Source of the DNA: Ostrea edulis
Taxonomy: Eukaryota
Assembly: GCF_947568905.1 (NCBI RefSeq)
Contig: NC_079164.1
Span: 92,318,001-92,382,000 of the forward strand
DNA length: 64,000 nucleotides
Reading direction: 5' to 3'
Below, one piece after another: positions 59,520 to 64,000 of the stretch; the stretch's first letter is position 1; every line of letters begins with the position of its first letter. The notes under the pieces were generated by a model, which saw only the letters and a list, made by a program, of their open reading frames with translations, was not told the origin of the DNA and did no database searches. The position numbers were made by a program, and so were the translations under genes.

Positions 59520-61496
59520 CTACACCTCCCGTGAATCCTCGACTTCCATCGAGTCTTTGTAGATTCCACTGTGCTCCTGGGAGATAGAAAGATCCTCTTC
59601 ATGAACAGATCCATGGTCATGCTCCTGTTCTGTAGAATCGTCGTATTCCTCATATTCATCCCCTTCAGAGTCTTCTGATTCGTATGAATCATCCTCAAAT
59701 TGCTCAGATGCATCGAATGTTTCATCCGAAGTGTGTTCCATTTCATGGGAGTTGGACTCTTCATGTGAGACAGTTTCCACTTCATGCGAATTCTCTTCAA
59801 CTTCACGCGAGTCGTCCATCTCTTCCGAAATATCCACTGAAGGTTTAGGGGGTACTATGTGTGATTTTTGTGACTGAACATTCTCTTCTCGAGAATCATC
59901 TACTTCGTCATGTATTTCGTTGCTATCTTCATATTGATCATCGTCGTAGTTATCAATGAATTCTGTAGACTGGCTGTTTTCGAAAGAGTCCATTTGTTCT
60001 TGGGATATATCATCTTCATCGGAATTAGCATATGCCCCCAGAATGGCGGGGTTTGGATGCACTCTGCTTTGAAATTTAGGGTGGCCAATTTTAACTCCTG
60101 TGCGATTATTGTCTTTTGGGTAGTGGTTGCCTATAGAGTTTATACATTGGTTAAATATTTTTATTATGGATTTGTGAACAAACGATAGTTTGATTGTGTT
60201 TAATTCATAATTACTCACCTCCTATGTGGTTCGTCTCAAATACCCAGGCATCAGTAGTTTTGAATTCGGATAGACTCACAACACCATCACCTGAAGAAAA
60301 TAAGACATCGAAAATAGATTATATAAATGCAAATCATTACAGAATTAGATCTAGAGAACATGAATTACAATACTAGCGATATAAAACTCGAATAAAAAAT
60401 ATTTTTAAAAAAATATTTTGGGTATCAGTAATTTACCATTTTTGTCGGCAGCGCGGAATGCAACTTTGACGTGGAGATCACGTGGTTTGTGTCCTAGAGT
60501 TCTCGCAAATTCATTGAGCGAAATAAGTCCGTCTTCGTTCACGTCATAGAATGATAATCCTCTGGGCAGTGGAGTTATGTGCACATTTCCGTCTGTCTCT
60601 GACTGTAAATAAAATAGAATTACAATTATTCATAAACCTTCTTAGATTGGAATAAAATACTGTTTTTAATTTCTTTTTCCGAAGAGAATTATTTGTAACA
60701 CCAAACCCAGACTAACAGATTGAGAAAAAGATAGAGGTCTAAAAATCTGCAATTCCAACACTTTTCGTTAAAAAGGATGATATAAAAAATGCAATTAATC
60801 TTGATTCCTGGGTTTTTTCCCCAAAAATATTTGCAATGACTAAAACAATACTGACATTTAAAAGGTTTTTTTTTTTTAAATGATAGAGATCCTGAAAATT
60901 TGCAACCAGAAATGTGGTACAAATAAGATGAAATACCAAACATTGCACAAATAAGATGATATACTAAACCGTACAAAAGATGGTAGAATCATAGCCAGTT
61001 CATATCTATTAAGGAATAGATACTCTAGGTTGCCTGTATTGTGGAGTATATATAATTAATGGAACCATGGAGCAATTTGTACAATAGGCAAAGTCATTCA
61101 TTCAAAATTCTCCCTTGTTTCCACTGTTTTCATATTCCTTAGAAAGCACACAACCTAGACATCTATTTCTTATATTCCTATTTTGTTACTATAGATGATC
61201 AGTGCCGTTATTGAGATGTTCTAATAAACAGTTAGGGAATTAAATAGTCAATATATTACCAGCATTTTCAACGACTGCTTTCCCGTGTATTTGTTGGTGC
61301 ATACATGTCTCAGAATGAACCCACAAGTAAAATCAGAACCAAATCCGGTGTATTTACGGCAAACTCTTGGAGTAACCACGTGACAATGTCCTGAAATCAG
61401 GTCCCTTAAAGACATTTTTAAATCCCATTTTGAAGCCGAAGCCACGAGAATTGGAAATAAGAATATGATACACAATTTGCAGACTTCAGAGAGCAT
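59520..61496 (-). CDS. Secreted EF-hand calcium-binding protein with Cys motif and acidic S-x-E-rich tail, ~361 aa
   Basis: Exons 61496-61260 (signal MLSEVCKLCIIFLFPILVASA plus 4-Cys motif), 60602-60437, 60290-60219, 60130-59520; phases fit. EF loops DVNEDGLISLNE and DKNGDGVVSLSE, the second split by an intron. Confidence 0.85.
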
Positions 61497-61536
61497 GGTT
61501 TGTTTTTCATGAGAATGATGGGGAGATTTTGGGGTA

Positions 61537-61544
61537 TATTTATA
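61537..61544 (-). promoter_or_regulatory. Putative TATA box of the EF-hand gene
   Basis: TATAAATA on the minus strand ~40 bp upstream of the ATG at 61496, at the edge of a (TA)n run. Confidence 0.35.
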
Positions 61545-62634
61545 TATATATGCCTCGAGTGACCGTGGGCAATAGACATTATGTAACATTCTTGGTCATG
61601 AAAGTGCTAGGGTTCTTTGACATATCAATTTGCCTTTGTTAAACATGCTTCAGCTGACAGGTTTATGTAACAAGAATGTCTCGTAATTCATCCCTACGTG
61701 TCACATAATCAGGCCCAATTGTCAGAACATTAGAAACCATAACGAGGCTCCTTACTCCTACCATTTCGTCCTTCTTAAATGATAAGCGACAAATCAGTCT
61801 TCAGGAAAGATTTAGAAGGAAACAATTAATGGATGAGGCATATTTATCACTTTGTTCTTAGAATACAATATATGATATTTACATTTGCTGTACAAGTATA
61901 TATTGAGTGAGTAATTCTGCTTGTTGGACTGGCGTGGTGAGTGAGTAATTCTGCTTGTTGGACTGGCGTGGGCTTTGACCATTGTTTGTCATCTGGAAAT
62001 TTTGGTATTTGATAGAACTAACAATGTACGTGACAGTTTATCATAATTGTTAATCATAAACATCGTGTGAATAACAATTCGCTACAGGACATAAACTGGG
62101 TGTTTCCATTGTTCTAAAACGATGCAGTTGTAATCGATGCACAGATATTAACGGCTGGGAATTCCGGCATAGAAATACAAGAAATGTCTTCTTTATTTAT
62201 CTATTTATTAAATATATATAGGTATGAAGCGTTGCAGTTAATATTTCAAAAATGAAGTAAAATTTCTTACTTCTTGTAGTACAGGGAATCTGCAGAATTC
62301 TAAATTAAGGAACAAGTTTTGCACAGTTATTAGGAACATCTAGCTTTTACTGGGAACTTAAAGCAGAGTTCGTATAAAGAACATGCATGTATATATACGA
62401 AGGGCTTATAGGGAGATAAACGATGATATTTTGAGAACTTGTGAGTTCTTATGGAACATATACAAGGAATTTATAAAGTTCTAAACGATAATATTTTGAA
62501 AACTTGCGAGTTCTTTTAAGGAACATATATAAGAATTTATAGAATTCTACACGATGATATCTTGAGAACAGGAAGGTTTCTTCAGAATAGGTATCGAAGT
62601 GAGAGCAGAAAATTACTAAATGAGATCAGAAGCT

Positions 62635-62918
62635 TTTTTTCTTCAGACAAGCTACTTCACATGTAAATATACATCTTTTCTCTTTTTTCTTCAGACAAGC
62701 TACTTCACATGTAAATATACATCTTTTCTCTTTTTTCTTCAGACAAGCTACTTCACATGTAAATATACATCTTTTCTCTTTTTTCTTCAGACAAGCTACT
62801 TCACATGTAAATATACATCTTTTCTCTTTTTTCTTCAGACAAGCTACTTCACATGTAAATATACATCTTTTCTCTTTTTTCTTCAGACAAGCTACTTCAC
62901 ATGTAAATATACATCTTT
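62635..62918. repeat. 48-bp minisatellite, ~6 units (TTCTTCAGACAAGCTACTTCACATGTAAATATACATCTTTTCTCTTTT)
   Basis: Directly visible. Confidence 0.95.
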
Positions 62919-63275
62919 TAATTGAATACAATAGAATGCAGAACATGGCATGTGATTTGTAGACATGTCAATATACATGTATGTAAGGACGTTCTCACAC
63001 CTTTACATGCAGGGAGCAATGATGGAAATGAATGAGAACGTTTCGGTCTCAATCAGACAGGTAGCAGATTTATTTATGACACCGCCGTTCGGAATTCTGA
63101 AGGCATAACACACCTAAAAATTGTAATGGATGAATAATTTTGTGGTGGTTTGAAAAATTGTGAAATCGTTGACACAAAAAACTTTTTTGAAATGTATTTC
63201 CATAGCCATTAATTTATGAACAATGCAATTAAATCACCCGATTACATTTGTTTCCTATTCTTATTGTTGGAAATT

Positions 63276-63316
<41 letters not shown>

Positions 63317-64000
63317 CACAATTCTCCAGTTTTCATACACATGCATTTCATACGTATTTTAAAGAGTAATGAATAATAAACTTACAATATGACATTGAAG
63401 ATAAATTGGTAGCGCTGCATTTGTTTTCTATATATGCAGTTGCTCTCTGGTAGAACAGAGCGTTCTCTCACTAAAGAACGCAGTAGTCTACCCATTGTTC
63501 TCTGGAGACCTACATTTCATATCACATGTCCTGCACTATAGAGAATAAATCAAATGATCTGAAACCTTCAAGATATGATTTCTGTGGCTATTAGACCTAA
63601 ATGTTTAACATTCATTTGATTTTTCCTTATCAACTCTGTTACAGGCTTTTGTGCATGTTCGTAAGTCAATGATGTATATTGAAGTTTGAACCAATCAAGT
63701 TTCTTGTATTTGACAAGGGTGCAATTGAAGTATTTATCGTATCAATAGTGTGTTCTCTCTCTCTCTCTCTCTCTCTCTCTGACCAATCCTACAAAGTGAA
63801 GACGTCCTCACAATGTGTAGAAGAGAATACACTAATATATTATTCTGAAGGCAAAAAGTTCTATGTTAGGTATAGCTATAGGGATACCTATAAAAGTTTA
63901 TCCCATACTCTCTTTCGAATTATGAAAAAAAAAAAGTTTTTAAAAGAGAATATTAGTAAGGACATGTCCTCACCCCACTTGTCCTCACTAAGCTAATATT

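Overview
AT-rich, intron-rich eukaryotic genomic DNA, most likely an oyster-type bivalve (inferred from Cg170-like Helentron repeats, Meta/Deu-domain SINEs and bivalve-type Penelope-like elements). I hand-spliced four genes with phase-consistent GT-AG exons. (1) A 2-exon secreted basic prepropeptide-like gene (16567-17307, -). (2) A 12-exon class I GLUT/SLC2A sugar transporter (23477-36079, +). (3) A 12-exon astacin metalloprotease with 2 ShKT domains and a probable GPI tail (47829-58791, +). (4) Convergent with gene 3, a 4-exon secreted protein with a Cys motif, 2 EF-hands and an acidic tail carrying 17 S-x-E motifs (59520-61496, -), a candidate shell-matrix phosphoprotein. A possible mucin-like exon lies at 8562-9034. 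The rest is transposon-derived (SINEs, Penelope-like RT fragments, a Helentron, foldback MITEs with clear TSDs, a possible decayed LTR element) plus more than 15 minisatellites and one assembly gap. The most unusual pattern is that several intronic minisatellites are built from, and end on, real splice junctions; one is 16 tandem copies of an astacin 3' splice site. Nearly all long ORFs in the supplied track are artefacts of tandem repeats. No database searches were run; family assignments rest on recalled motifs.
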